From contig RDEW01000001.1 in the NCBI GenBank assembly GCA_011109175.1, forward strand, positions 1,750,360 through 1,814,359: a stretch of 64,000 nucleotides of DNA, in the 5' to 3' direction. The DNA is from Dicyema japonicum. Lineage: Eukaryota > Animalia > Dicyemida. Of this stretch, positions 36,836-49,819 are shown piece by piece. Under the pieces are notes generated by a model that made no database searches, was not told the DNA's origin, and saw only the letters and a list, made by a program, of their open reading frames with translations. Each line of letters begins with the position of its first letter. Within the stretch, counting starts at the first letter, position 1. Both the position numbers and the translations under genes were made by a program.

Positions 36836-37655
36836 CACTCAATTCCATAAATGTTGACCCAATTCCCATAAATGATGACCCAATTCCAATAAATGATGAC
36901 CCAATTCCAATTAATGTTGACCCAATTCCCATAAATGTTGACCCAATTTCCGTAAATGATGTCCAAATTATATATATAAATAATACACGAGTAAATCTAT
37001 ATTTTAATTTCCTATTATGGTATCAACTATTACAGATATGAGAAGTCGCAAGGTTTTTATGAACGAAAGTCTATTTAATCAAATTAAAAGACTTTATAAA
37101 GTTAAAACAAAAGAAGAGTTGATTGAGATCACCTCGATCAGCAAAAAGAGTTTGAACAGGTGTATACAAAAGATCGAAAGCTGTGAACTCGAGGATCCTA
37201 CTTTCGGTGATCTTTACAAAACAGTAGGCCGAAAAAAGAAAGATAAAGAAATGTTGAATGTCGAAATGAGATCTATTTTTGGAAATGACAACTCGCTGAC
37301 ACAAGTTGGTCTTCAAGAAAAACTTTCAGTGAATCTTTCTAAGTCTCAAATTTCAAGAGATTTAAAGGAGGCCTGCATCACAAGAAAAAGACTCAAGAAA
37401 AGGTCCGAAGTTAGATTGAGTACAGAAAATTTGGCAGAAAGGGGAGTATTTTCATCAAGAATGTTAGGAGAATTGCTAACAAATATCGGATTTGTTATGA
37501 GTGGTCTCGAATCCGAGAATTTGTCCTCATATTACAACAGTTTTTAGGAAAGGGTAAATGGAATTAATAACAGATTAATTGAATAAAATACTTTTTTCCT
37601 AAATTATTTATTAGTATGATATATATAACTTGGACATCATTTATGGGATTGAGTG
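36836..37655 (+). mobile_element. Tc1/IS630-type TIR element, internally deleted (no DDE domain)
   Basis: TA flanks at both ends and TIR CACTCAATCCCATAAATGATGTCCAAGTTATATATAT. ORF 37017-37547 has an HTH region (SLTQVGLQEKLSVNLSKSQISRDLKEACITRKRL) fused to the C-terminal ENLSSYYN. Confidence 0.85.
36841..36964. repeat. 21-bp tandem array (about 6 units) inside the left TIR
   Basis: Unit AATTCCCATAAATG(A/T)TGACCC is part of the TIR sequence. Confidence 0.9.
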
Positions 37656-38199
37656 TAACCTAAGACTACTCCCAGATCTGATAATGAGTGTTTTCTCTAA
37701 TATTAGGCTCAACGATGAGTTAGAAAAAAAACAAAAACTTTTTGATCTCATCGCAATAGTAGATTGGCCATGTTGTATTTTTACAGTCAAAAAATCGAAT
37801 TTTAATTTTACTTGGAAGTACAGAGATCAAAATAGATTCAAGAATTTAAAGCATAAAAAGTGAACAGAAAGCCAGTTTATTAAAATAAAAATAACAAAAC
37901 CCAGAAAATTGATTTTTTTAATAAATTAACTAAATCCCTCAATATAATTGACACTGTTTGTGGATCGTCAATCGATCACGTTACGTCTGAAGAAATTCCA
38001 CTTCTTGCGTCGAGGTTAAGAGTACAGAATCGTATTTCCTTAAGGGTCCCAAGATTCGTGATAATAGTGGCAGGTGAGGCTTTTGCCTCCGATATTGACA
38101 GGACTGCCTCTTCTTCGTTCCGAGACCATGGATTGGATTTCCTTAATTCTTTTTCCCTTAATTGCATTTGGATTGGACTGTAATCGTCGAGGAGTTTCA

Positions 38200-41100
38200 A
38201 AGCCTTAGGAAATCTATTCAGTCATTTGAGGATGAGAATCTTTTTTTTTATTTCCTCTCGAAAGCGACATTAGTTAGTGTATTCATTTTGTTGAAAGCGA
38301 CATTAGTTAGTGTCTTCCTTCGTGTTATATCTTCGGTGTCACCGAGAAGGGATCCTAGTTTTTTGATCTACGCCAGTCCTCCTCAGTCCTTTCCTCACTT
38401 CTTTTTAGCTCAGTGATTTCGGTTTTGTTTGTGTTTACTTTTAATGACCATTCAGCTACTTTCTCCAAAAGTGCAATTAACTCTTCTTTGTTGTTCGAAA
38501 TAAAGTCCACGTCATCCGCATATGCTATTATGCTCGATATGAGGCAAGTCTCGTAGAGCTGCCTCCAGATAAATAATAAACAAAATCGGGGAATGGATCT
38601 CTTGAGGGGTACCAATTTCGTTTCAAATGTCCTCGATAAAGCTTTCCCAGTCCTGACCATCAAGCTTGAGTCTGTCAAGAGTGTCCTGACCATCCTAATC
38701 GTTGAGCCTTCCAAGAAGTACTCCAGTATTTGCAGCAGCTTGTTTTTGTTGATGGAATCAAGGCCTTTGACACATCAATCCCAGAATGGTTGTCGTTATT
38801 TTAAATTTTTTGAACAGTCGCACTTCTCCATTTGTGGCTCCATATAACATCTTACGTTGATCTCCCTTTCGGAAGCCACTTTGATAAGCCGACAGGTACG
38901 AGTCTAGGCGTCCCTCCATTCTTTGAAGCGTAATATTGGCTAGTATCTTCCGTAATGTGTTAATAAGACCACTGGTCTTAGGTTCCCAACTTTCCCCGCT
39001 TTTTTGCTTGGCTTCTGTACTGGTGTCAATAGTCCTTCTCCAAGTGGCAAGGTGGCTCCTTTACTGTACGTTTTGTTTAGAATCCAGGCAATTATCTTGT
39101 ATAGCTTTTGAGTTCCATATTTGAAAAATTCACCATTTAAGCCATCTGGGCCGGGACTTTTGTTGTCTTTGAGTTTGAAACTCGCTGTCATCACTTCTTC
39201 CAAAGTTATTTCTTCGTCTAATTTTCCCTGATTCGTGTTAATGTGAGTTTTTTGCTATTTTTTGATACGAATTGTGGTTCAAAATAGTCCGCTATAAGTT
39301 CTGCAATTTCTTGTTGGTTAGAATATTTTTCCTTCTACATCTCGTAAAGTCAGTGTTTTCCTTGGTAGTTTTCTGATTTGTCCGACAGCTTCATAAAACT
39401 TCGCATTGTCTTTAAGGCCTTCGATTTTCTCTATTTTTGTTATTGTTTCGTTCTTTAATGTTCGACGTGCAGCTTTTCTTATTTTCTTTTTGATGACTGT
39501 TCTTTCCTCTTGTAGCCGCTGTTTCGTATTTTTGTCATCTGTAGACATTGTGTCCATATCGCCTTTTGATTAGCAAGGAGTTTCAAAGCGGTTATTTTTT
39601 CAGTGGGTGCATTAGTTACGTAGTCCTCTTAGATATGTATCCGCAGCAATCATAATCTTCTGTTTGACCAAGGTCCACGCAGTTTGCGGTGCCTCATCCA
39701 GGTATTTTCTAAACTCCTCTCTCTGGATAGTATTGTTCTTTAGAAGTCTATGACGTATCTCTTCCCCTGCAGTTCCGTGTGTCCATTGCACTTTCCTTTC
39801 ATCCCTTATTTATTATTATTTAAGCACTTCACAAGAGCCATACTAATTATAGCCCGCATATGCAGCAAAAGAAACAAGGTTAGATGTCATCCTTTTCCAT
39901 GCTCCCCTGTTCCTAGCCAAGGCTCTCATGCTGTCCAGGTCGTCGGCATTTGTTAGATTTTTTTATACTGACCAGGTCTTTTTGTAAGACTATTGGCAGT
40001 GTTGTTCTTGGTCTTCCCCGATAGCGGCCTTCTTTACTAACATAGTATGTTTCCATAGATATGTTCGGTGGGGAAGTTAATTCCATCCTCAGCACGTGTC
40101 CGAAGAGCCTCCATCGGGATTCCAGTACTTCTAAGCTGATAGGTCTAGTGCTGCATCTCTTATATAAAGCATTCCTAGATATTCTCGTAGGCCAAGTAGT
40201 TCCTGTTATTTTTCTCAGCTGACCTCTGTGGAACGAGTCTAGTTTTTTTCATATCCGCTGATGAGGTCGCCCAAGTTCCAGCGTTATATAAAAGTACGGG
40301 TTTTATGAATGAGTCGTATAGTAGGATTCTCATTTTCGTGTCGATGCCTTTTTGATTGAGCCATAAACTCTTTCATCCCTTGCAAACCCATAAGTTTCTT
40401 AAGGACATTTTGGCAATAACCATCTTGTGATCGCTGTCAATTATAGACCCTCCATAAGCACGGGCATCAGTTACAATACTGCGGTCTTTTTGTCTGCAAA
40501 TAATGTAGTCTATTTGATTGTAGATTTTCGCAATGCTTCCCTCAGACTTAGTTCTATTGCCTGACCGAGTTGTCCTGTATCTTGCCGAGTGCATAAAGGC
40601 CGTGTTACAAAGGAATAGGTTATTTGCTTGACAAAAGCTGGCTAACAAGGTTCCAGCAATGTTCCTTTTCCCCTTCCATGTCTTCCAATGAATGATTCTT
40701 CTATAGTGATTCGATTTCCAACTTTTGCATTGAGATCACCGGCAATCAATATTAATGTGGAATTTTCATAATTGGAATAAATATCAACAGATTCGCATCT
40801 CCTTGAATTTCTTATTGATCCATCCACTATGTGGAGCATATGCGTTAATAATAGTAAGATAACTCTTGGGAGAGTTATGATCGTCCAATGTTATTTGTAA
40901 AATCCCAATCCTTTCATTGATAGTCCAGTAACGGTATATGCGCCGGAGTAGGTCCTTTCTTACAGCAAATCCAAGTCCGTAATGTTTTGATCCCCCAAAG
41001 TGAAAGATTAACTGAAACTTTCCGTGTTGTTCTTCAAACTCCTTCGATATTTTTGTCTCTTGGAGACATCTGATTAATATCTTAAATTTTGAAAGGTCTT

Positions 41101-41200
41101 TAAAAAGTTCTTTTCTTTTCCATGCACTAGAGAGTCCTTTGACATTGAACGTTAAAAAGAGAAGTCATTTAGGTTGCAATTTTCGTGTTTTTCAGACATA
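38200..41200 (-). mobile_element. Long RTE-like LINE (APE plus RT), decayed
   Basis: TFNVKGL, CLQETK, IINAYAPH, AGDLNAKVG, KSPGPDG, NLRPVVLL and IAYADDVDF. Confidence 0.88.
39808..40369 (-). mobile_element. Young 5'-truncated RTE copy inserted into the older RTE copy
   Basis: 12-bp TSD CTTTCATCCCTT at 39796-39807 and 40370-40381, with an (AAT)n tail. Confidence 0.9.
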
Positions 41201-41406
41201 CTTTTCAAGAGGGACGTCACCACCTCAACCAAAAAAAATTTCAACGTGGTAGATTCAATGTGAGTTTTATTAAAATAATAATTATTTAAAATGTAATTAT
41301 TTAATTTAATTTGATCATGGGCAACCAAATTTCAAAAGTAATATATTTAAGTTTTTAAATTAACACGTAAGTAACTTAGTTTTATATAGACTAGTTTAAC
41401 CTTAAA

Positions 41407-42013
41407 ATGGATGATGAGAAAATAAATGTAAAATGTGTCATTGTGGGAGATGATGGAGTTGGAAAGACTTGTTTAATGAAAAATTACATGAATAATGAAT
41501 TTCCTGCTGGTTACACTCCAACAGTATTTCTGATTTAATTTATGTAGACTTTGAATTTTTACAATGCGACAGTCCCCGTTGTACTTGGAGAATTTAGACA
41601 GGAAATAAACCTCTCTATATTCGACACGGATGAACAGGAGGACTACTCTAGTGCTTACACAAATACGGACATTTTTATTATAGCATTTTCTGTGATGGAA
41701 AAACATTCATTCGATAATGTGGAGAATAAAGTATCATTTCTTATAATTTAAGTGGTACAAAGAAATCGAGAGTCAAATTGGTCCCAATACTATTTTACTG
41801 CTGGTGGGGACTCAAAATGACCAGAGGTATACTAATCCCCATTTAGACTCTATTTCTGTGGATACTGGTGAGAAACTGGCGGAACGATTGAAAATGCATT
41901 ATTACGATACTTCCGCGACGATGAACGTCAATGTCCTGGAAATGATGAATTTTGCATTTACACAAGTCATAATTAATAAGTTCACAAAAAAGAAAACATG
42001 TCACATTTTATAA
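41407..42013 (+). CDS. Atypical Rho-family small GTPase (3 exons, 186 aa, CaaX CHIL)
   Basis: [58 protein letters not shown] and YYDTSA. Introns at 41524-41547 (24 nt) and 41731-41752 (22 nt). Confidence 0.88.
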
Positions 42014-42139
42014 TGAAAATTGTTTGTTAACGTAAAATATTAGTTTTTGGCAACTACAGTGTTAAAACTTAACTAGTGAGACTTTTTTCTAGTGTGGAGT
42101 GGCTAAATCACGCAAAAGTCAAAATTGCCTCGATAGCAC

Positions 42140-42340
42140 TCACTCGAGATGGTCTTCTGACTTTACATTAGTAAATGTAAACCAGGTCGTTAAATATTTG
42201 TGAACGAGCTTATTGGTATTATGTGAACAGCTCTGGAAGGTATTTGGACAAAAAGTTCTTTCAGATCCCTTTGACTTAGACAGTGTGACTCTAAGTTGAA
42301 ATGTTGTAAATCGACATACTCCATCAAATGACAAGCGATC
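42140..42340 (-). mobile_element. CR1/jockey-like LINE C-terminal relic
   Basis: FQLRVTLSKSKGSERTFCPNT resembles the LINE ORF2 terminus. Confidence 0.35.
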
Positions 42341-43669
42341 AGTTTGTTTCCATCCTTTAAACGTGACCTAAGGTATCACACAATATGGTTAGGAAACAAG
42401 AGGCGCGTGTTAGACTGTAGTTACCTGTTATCTTAGTGGTTAATTGGTCGGAATGGTTGAGTCAGTGACGTGGTGCAACATGGTAAAAAAGGAATAAAAA
42501 AATTGTGTAAAAACGACGCTTGTAAACCATAATAGATATAGTTTTATACATGAACAATCGAAATTAATGGTTCCACCTTCCAAAGTCGTGCATAACCTCT
42601 CACAAGTCCCTTGGTGTTTCCACAGAATATCTGCATTTTTATTTTTTGCTTTTTTACATTAAAATTTTTTGTAGATCAATTTGACCTAAAATCAAAAAAG
42701 GTTAAAATTTTGAATTATAACTAAAAAATCGTGATAATTACCAATTTGTGGTCACTTTTTAAGACAATAAGAGTAATTCTCACACAGATTGTTTGTTTTT
42801 TAACACAAAATAAAATTACTAGTTATTTTCCTTCCTTGAACCAAGTAGTTGGCCTTCCTGGAAGGTAAATAGCAGTATTCGCAGTAAATAAGTCGTAGGT
42901 TTGGCAGAATTAAACTTACGGAAATTCGTCGGTTTTTGCGATTCAAAGCAGAGTTGTAGTTAGACATTAGATAAAGTGAATACCAAGAAAATCGAGGGCG
43001 GATCCCTAGGCCTATTAGTCTAATAAAGATTATGTGGAGATTGCTTTTTCATCTTGACCTCAGAGATTGAGAAGGCCAGGAATTTCAAATATCAGCTGAG
43101 TGTTTTCATAAAAGGGGTGAGGAACCACTAGATGAGAAGGAAACCCTGATCAAGTCAGTAAGAAGCGTGGTAGTGGAACGGATTGAGGGTTTTCTTCTGA
43201 GGACCAAAGTGGATGACACGTTCATTCAGAAAATACTGTGAAGCTAAAGGGGGGAGGGGTAAAATTTTGAAAGAATCCAGGCCTCATTTTAAATAACGTA
43301 ATCTCCCATAACTATCGCTATGTCTTGGTTTTTAATAAAAATGTTATGTTATGTTGCTTGAAAGCGGAAGGGAGACCTGACCAGAACATGAGCTCTGGAT
43401 CATGAGGTGTAACACCGGTAACGTGCTCAATACCTGCAGGTCTTAATGGAGACTTTGTCATAATAACAGACTTTATTGTAAAAAAATGCTGTTGAGGAGA
43501 ATATACAGATAGTGTTTTTGATCGGTTATCCTGCGACTAATTAAAGAAATGTTGTTAACCCGGTATTCCCACCTATGATTTTCTCAATCTAGCCGAAATG
43601 TCAACTATTGGGGATCTATCTACGAAAATGTCATGATCTTGGTGGACCGGTCCATAAATGATTTTTCAG

Positions 43670-44600
43670 AATCAGCAACAACAACAGCAACAACGATTAA
43701 TTGACAAAAGAGTTAAGGAGATTTCTGGAGGGTATTACATCTGAGTCCTACCATAAGGCTTGGACTCCAAACCTGGACCCTTCCTCCTTTTTTTTATTAT
43801 TAATTTTATTCGGAACGTTTCTCCCAGCATTTTAATCTTTATTCTCTCAGCTTTATGTATGTGTCCTAGACCTTTGATCTCCTCTTGAAACCATTGATCC
43901 GATCCTCCCACAATCTTGCTAATCGGTTCCAGGAGCTTGTTTAGACAGTCTTTCAGTTTCTTGTTAAAGAAGAGTTTAATTGCAGCTCTTCTAGTTTTCT
44001 CTATGAGGGATAAGATCTTCTCCCTCTTTGGAGAGAAGAACAACCCCTCGCACCTATAAAGTAGGCTAGGAATAATAACTCCTTTGAAAATGAACAGGTA
44101 AGTGTCACGGCTAACGTATAACTTCCGTGTACATAGGAGCGACTGAAAGGCTCTCTTTCTCCTCCCCTTTATGTCGTCCGTGTAATCTACTGCGTGTCCA
44201 TGGTCGACCCCCAGGTACCGCAGACTGTGTGCATTGTTTACTCCCAATGTGTATTCTTGTTTCAGGTGCTTTTTCACATTGCTTATTCGGAGTGCGCAAG
44301 ATTTTTCAGCAGAGAGCTTTAGCCCTCTCAAGTTGCATCTATGCTCAACCTGGTCAACATAATCCCGGATTCTTCCTTCAAATATAGAAGATTTCGTCAT
44401 CCGCATAAATAAGAAGACTAGTATTAATATTTCTCGGACGTGGAAAACTCGCCATGAATATATTAAACAAAATAGGGCTCAATACCGAACCTTGTGGTAC
44501 TCCCCTCTTGAATGATATTGTATCAGATATATATCCACACACCTTCACAAAAGATTGTCTTTCCTGAAGATAATTCTTAGCCAAACAAATAGGTATCTTG
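43670..44600 (-). mobile_element. jockey/CR1-like LINE 3' part with (GTT)n-like tail
   Basis: GVPQGSVLSPILFNIF, YADD, LRYLGV and VIIPSLLYRCE. Near-identical to 34180-35030. Confidence 0.88.
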
Positions 44601-45599
44601 TTCACTTTTTTCATAAAATATATAATTTTTAAATTTTATTAATAGATTTTTATCGAGTTCACTTTTTTCATACAAAATTATATTTCATCAAAATGACTTT
44701 ATAATAATTAATTCAACCTTGCTGATACAACTCAGTGTGTATTCCTGTTGAAAAAAACTTTCTAAAGTGTGAAATTCGCATGGGTTTCGATTTTTTATAG
44801 AGACAAGCCATGTGATTTACATTACCAGAGAATTTCTTCTGAAAATTTGCGTAATCTTCCTCAGATATTACCGAAGTTTTCAATAAGTCCGATATAACAT
44901 TGAATTAGTGCTAGGATTCCTAAGAGCCGAAGAATCCGTCATAAATATACTAAGAGCAGAGGACTCAAGACTAAGCCTGTGAAACTCCCCTCTTCATTAC
45001 AATGGTTTCAGAAGTAGATACGAGAAGTCGAGAATAAAATCCATACTTCCCAAATCAATGAACAAAGTGGCATTTTTTCGATTGCATATAACAAATAAGC
45101 TAAAACGAATCACACAGAAGATACCGCGAAATTCTACTAGTTCCTCGTACTTTTCAAAATGATTCACAATTGACTAAAACAGCAGCCTCCTAAACCGTTT
45201 CCATGTAAAGAAATACAGCAGCCTCCTAAACTGTTTCCATGTACAGCCAGTGGTCGTCGAGACGAGCTGAGTCTTTGGCCCCAAGACGGTCTCTTTCCTT
45301 AGAGCACTTGGGTGTCTATTGACCAAAGCCTCGAGGGAGCGTCGGGAAACCGAGTGGCTTTTCCAAAGGATATCCCTGGCAGTAGTCAGAGGTAACAGCC
45401 ACTCGATCATATCCGCTGGACTCAGTAGTTAACTACTCATGTTTCCTAATAATAAATTTTGATTTAAAAAAAAATTGACTAAAATTTAAATAAACCTATC
45501 ATCTCAATTGTTCAGTACAAACGAAATAAGACAAAATTTTTTATACTTTGACTCTTCATTATGGAATATATGACATCATCATAATCCATGTATTCATCA

Positions 45600-46285
45600 A
45601 TCTATGTGTAAACATCTTTCATAAATGTTTGAGTCAAACGTGAGATCTCCTTTATCCCCTGCTTTGTTTAACCATTTTCTGGTCGATCTCCCGACTCTGG
45701 AATCTGATAATAATGTTCTACTCTCTTATGCGGACGATATTGTCTTGACTTTGCGAGATCAGGGTATCCAAGAGCCATGGATAGAATGCAAATTAACCTC
45801 GACCGGCTTAACGCCTGGATATTGGAAAACCAGAATGCAGAGAAGTCGTCCATGTCCATTTTTATTTCGGACAAAAGATTGGGAAGGAAGACAGTCTCCT
45901 TCATTAAACAAGGTCGGCATCCCTTTCAACAGTTGTCAAAGGATTTAGTACATCGAGCCATGCTTCTCATATGCATAAGCTTCGTGGGGACCGTCCATAT
46001 CTTGGACAAATATGAGGAAGATCTAGGAAAAGCAAAAGAGGGCTTTCAGAGTGATAGATCGTTGCATTTGTGGAGATCACAGAACCGGATCAACGCCTCT
46101 GGACACCATTATGAAATGAGACTCCAGAATGCGGAAATGCGGCCCCGTAATTTTAATCAGCCGTCCTGTGCAATCATGCGTGGATATGAGGGAGGAACAT
46201 CGAGCAAAGATGAGGTCACTGTTGGAATCTAGATCACGTGATAATTAGTTTGGTTTTTACCGCGGTCTTGGGTTGTTAAATAAAT
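45600..46285 (+). mobile_element. LINE RT/3' relic with internal deletion
   Basis: SPLSPALFNHFL, SYADDI and a tail shared with 20520-20585. Confidence 0.8.
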
Positions 46286-46302
46286 TAGCAATCTTGGTTA
46301 AA

Positions 46303-46560
46303 GCCGCGTGGTGCTATGTTTCTCTTCCTTCCCTCTGATGCCGTCATTGGTTCTACCTTACTCAGCAGACGCCTAATTCCTGGTCGGAGGATCCATCTAG
46401 CCGGGAGACAATTTCGCTTCCTGGCGACGAGTTCTTGAATCGATCTCAGCTTTCAGACAACGCTCTCTGATTACTGTTCTTGGGTGAAGGTCCTGCTGGA
46501 ACGCGTCAGGATCAAGGAATTAGTTAATTTGGTTTTACCCTTGGTCTTTGGAACAATTTT
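46303..46560 (+). mobile_element. SINE-like family A monomer (unit-2 type) with LINE-like tail
   Basis: GCCGCGTGGTGCTATGT head, a degenerate core, and GTCAGGATC(A/G)AGGA..TTGGTCTTTGGAA matching 27020-27070. Confidence 0.6.
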
Positions 46561-46579
46561 ATTTATTACAGCAAACCAG

Positions 46580-47640
46580 TCAATAACACATATCTTCCTC
46601 TCGAAAAAAATTGAATTTTGTAAAGTCTCTTCTGGGTCACTATGGAAGTTGCTTCAACTCATAAATAAACTCACTCTACACCCGATGCATACAACCAACG
46701 ATCAGCTATGGATTCGCTGCATGGAGTACGGTCCTATCTAAAACAAAACCTAAAGAAAGATTTACAAAAACTCTCCAAGGTTTTTGACTACCTGTTACGG
46801 CCGACACCATTCGAGATCCTTCTGAAGAGAATAGATGTTCAAATTATACCCCTTAAGCACTGTTATGTTCCCCAGCTTATAGATAGTAGGTTGGATCGCG
46901 GGAGGGACATCGAACAAAATGAGAAGGCTACATAGAGAAGCTGGAATCACCTAAGGGCTTGTTTCCTTCCTAACTCATCGATGATTTTTGGTTTTTAACA
47001 AATCTTATTTCCTAGGGATAGTTCTTCCCTCGGTGGTTGTCGCAGTGGTCCAGTCACACCTTAACCGGTTGTACTACTTGCTATCCACCACCGTCATTTG
47101 TATCGCCATACAAATCCCAATTAACGTTTTTACTACTGACAGGAGGTGTTGAGATTAACCTGAATTATTCCTCGAAGATGATCTCATTCCATTCACGAAA
47201 TCCCAGACAATCCTTGGTGTCACTTTTGACACATTAATGACGTTTTCCAATCATAATGATGACGGCATTACCAGGGAGCCTCGAAGGTCGAGTTTCTTAA
47301 CGACTATTGCGCAAAAACCCCTTCTCTTTTGTGATCTGTATCACCAGATTTTATTGTCAAATAATTCCTCCGACCATCGAGTACGCAGAGGAGTCGACCA
47401 GAAAAAATGTCCGAGGTTTTCTGCGTTTCTGCAAAGAACCAGGAAACTCACATGGAGGAAAAATTATCCAAGAAAGACATCATGATCAAATTCTTATGCA
47501 GAAATTCGATTAGACACTTCCGGGAGACGGTGGGAGACCACTTAAGGAGAGTGCGATAAGTATTAGAAGCTACACTCAATTAGTTGGTTTTGACACGATC
47601 TTTTCTGGTGATCTTGGGGTTTCTTAAAAAGCCACTTGAA
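46580..47640 (+). mobile_element. Decayed LINE C-terminal fragments
   Basis: YGFAAWSTVLSKT and IPFTKSQTILGVTFD motifs, followed by a tail-like ATTAGTTGGTTTT. Confidence 0.45.
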
Positions 47641-48701
47641 AGAAAAGTTATCCATGCGGAAGAATCCCGATCAGTTTTGAGGGAAAAGACAATTCAAGAA
47701 GACGATGTGATCGCTGGTGGACACTAGAGGAGACTCCGGAAATTACTAGAAGCTGGTGTCGCTTAATTAGATGACTTTGACATCTCTCTGGTGGTTTTGA
47801 GTTTCTTAAATAATCAATCAATATTGAATATTGATTACATTTTATCAATGAAATTTGTGGCATCTTCAAAGAATATAGCAATGACTCGGTCGGCAAATTA
47901 ATGACTCGGTCTAATCTGCTATCGAGGATGTGAAGCAATTCCTCACAAGTAGGTAAGGGTCTTCTAGTTCGCTAAAAAATCAGACGCTGCCACCATAAAA
48001 ATGGGAAAAGTATAAAGGCATATGTCAAGTTTCCATCAATAGTCTGCTTGGAGAATATCTGCTTGTGTCGACCAGATCCATCCTCCAATAGTACATTACA
48101 GGTTTCCGCTACCGAAGATAGTTGGAGAAGTAGGTACGCTCTCTTCCATTTTCGTCGCAAGTCCTACCGTCGCGGACATCACTTCATTCTTTAGCGGGAG
48201 AGTTATCATAATGGAAAGTTTTCACCAGTGGATTTGGCCAGATAGAAGACAAGAAGATCCCTTTCAACAACTGCGTCGTGCCAGAGGGACTCGTCGCCTT
48301 AAGGGTGGGGTCTGTTTGACGAGAATTATGCCCCATATAGAGTGAAAATATTTACCGGGAATTCTGTTTGCATTCAAAATGGGGACAACATTCTGCCAGC
48401 TTTACAAATTCCAAGAAAATGAATGTGGCGAGCAACTTGGAATATTGGAGCTCTGGTCTACTCCTGAACATCTCCATAAATAACAGTATGTGTATCCTTC
48501 CCCATTGTTATCCTACAAACACCCCCCGATCTCCATTAAAGTGACATTTTCTGCCATAAAACCGATGACAGCATTTAAACCACAAGACAACAGGACCAAC
48601 CCACGTGCACATAAAGAAAAATCAATAGAAATCGATATAATTAAGACAGAATGATTACTAATGTCCGTTGGGGTGGCTAACTCCAAAGTTCTCACTGTCC
48701 T

Positions 48702-49591
48702 TTATTTTGGGTAAGAAACGTCCTTGTTGTCCAAACTACCCTGACAATAAAGCAGCTTTGACAAAATGTTGATGAGCCTGCAGTTATTATTCATGCAATA
48801 AGATTCCAGAATTTCGCTAATCACCAGTTCCGCCAACTAAAACTACTGCAATCCCCCAAACCTCAAATCTCTTCTGAATATTCATCAATTCCGCGAGTTC
48901 GGGGTGGGCGCTAATGTCCGGGACAAAGACAGTCATCAGTACGGACTTGGTCTCATTCATCTTGTCCTCGTCTTCATCGCAAAACCTAGTCATGCGGGTG
49001 TGGATGTACTCAATGGCTCGGTTTAAATCACCAACCCGCAATATTTCGACGAGCTCTTGGATCTTTAAAACTGACAGGCAAAAAATACCATAATCTTCCA
49101 CAAAATGTCCTTTCTTTGGTGGAAGAAGCTGGGAAAAGTCTTCATTATTTTCATAATCGCTTCATGCATGTCCCCGTTTTTTATGAATTTTTTAATCTTT
49201 TTTATAGAAATGTCGATGAGGTCATCCTCAGTGTCATTAATCAAGTTATTTAAGTTATCCTCAGAATTTGCACGAATATCGTTTAATTCATCTAAAAACG
49301 ATTCCTATGAAAAAGGGATCTATAAGCAACTTCGAGAGCCTCATAATTTTTGGGTTTCTCCTCATACTCGTAGATTTCCTTCTCCCATTTCTCCCAGTCA
49401 ACGGTCATTGGCTCTTTGGCGACAGGTCTGGCTGATTCAGTTGGTATTTGAGACTAAGGTCATGACTTTAAGTCTCATACCTGGGATGTTGGCACTCTAC
49501 CCCTCGGTCTGTGTCTTTGCTGAATTCTTAGAACCTGAGGATAAATTGGGGTACTCACTTCGAACGGGTATGAGGAATAGGAGAAATCCAT
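48702..49591 (-). CDS. GID8: GID8/Twa1-like CTLH-CRA domain protein
   Basis: KIKKFIKNGDMHEAI..FPSFF..ILWKIMIQELVEILR..RAIEY and RLINILSKLLYCQGSLDNKDVSYPK match the GID8 CTLH and CRA regions. Introns of 24 (uncertain), 27, 26, 26 and 25 nt. The N-terminus is less certain. Confidence 0.75.
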
Positions 49592-49819
49592 TGAACAATA
49601 ACCACTAGCGAATAAATTGTATTTTATATATGCAATGTGTATAATCAATCGTCTCACATCGGATTAAAATGTCGATTTAATTAATTGTGTTTTTAAGCTG
49701 GAAATGTCATTAATTTGATTTAAATATTAAAATTGTATCTATTTGTTTAAAAAATGATAAATAGTCGTGGATATTATTAAAAACAGAAACCAAGGCATTA
49801 GTGCCAGGTAGAATTAATC

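Noticed and set aside
36676-36966. ORF with a 7-aa repeat (GNWVNIY) as a repeat protein
   Set aside because: It is the antisense translation of the 21-bp TIR array.
34544-44387. Near-identical ORF pairs (34544/44111 and 34560/44127) as a small gene family
   Set aside because: They are alternative frames of two copies of the same LINE C-terminus.
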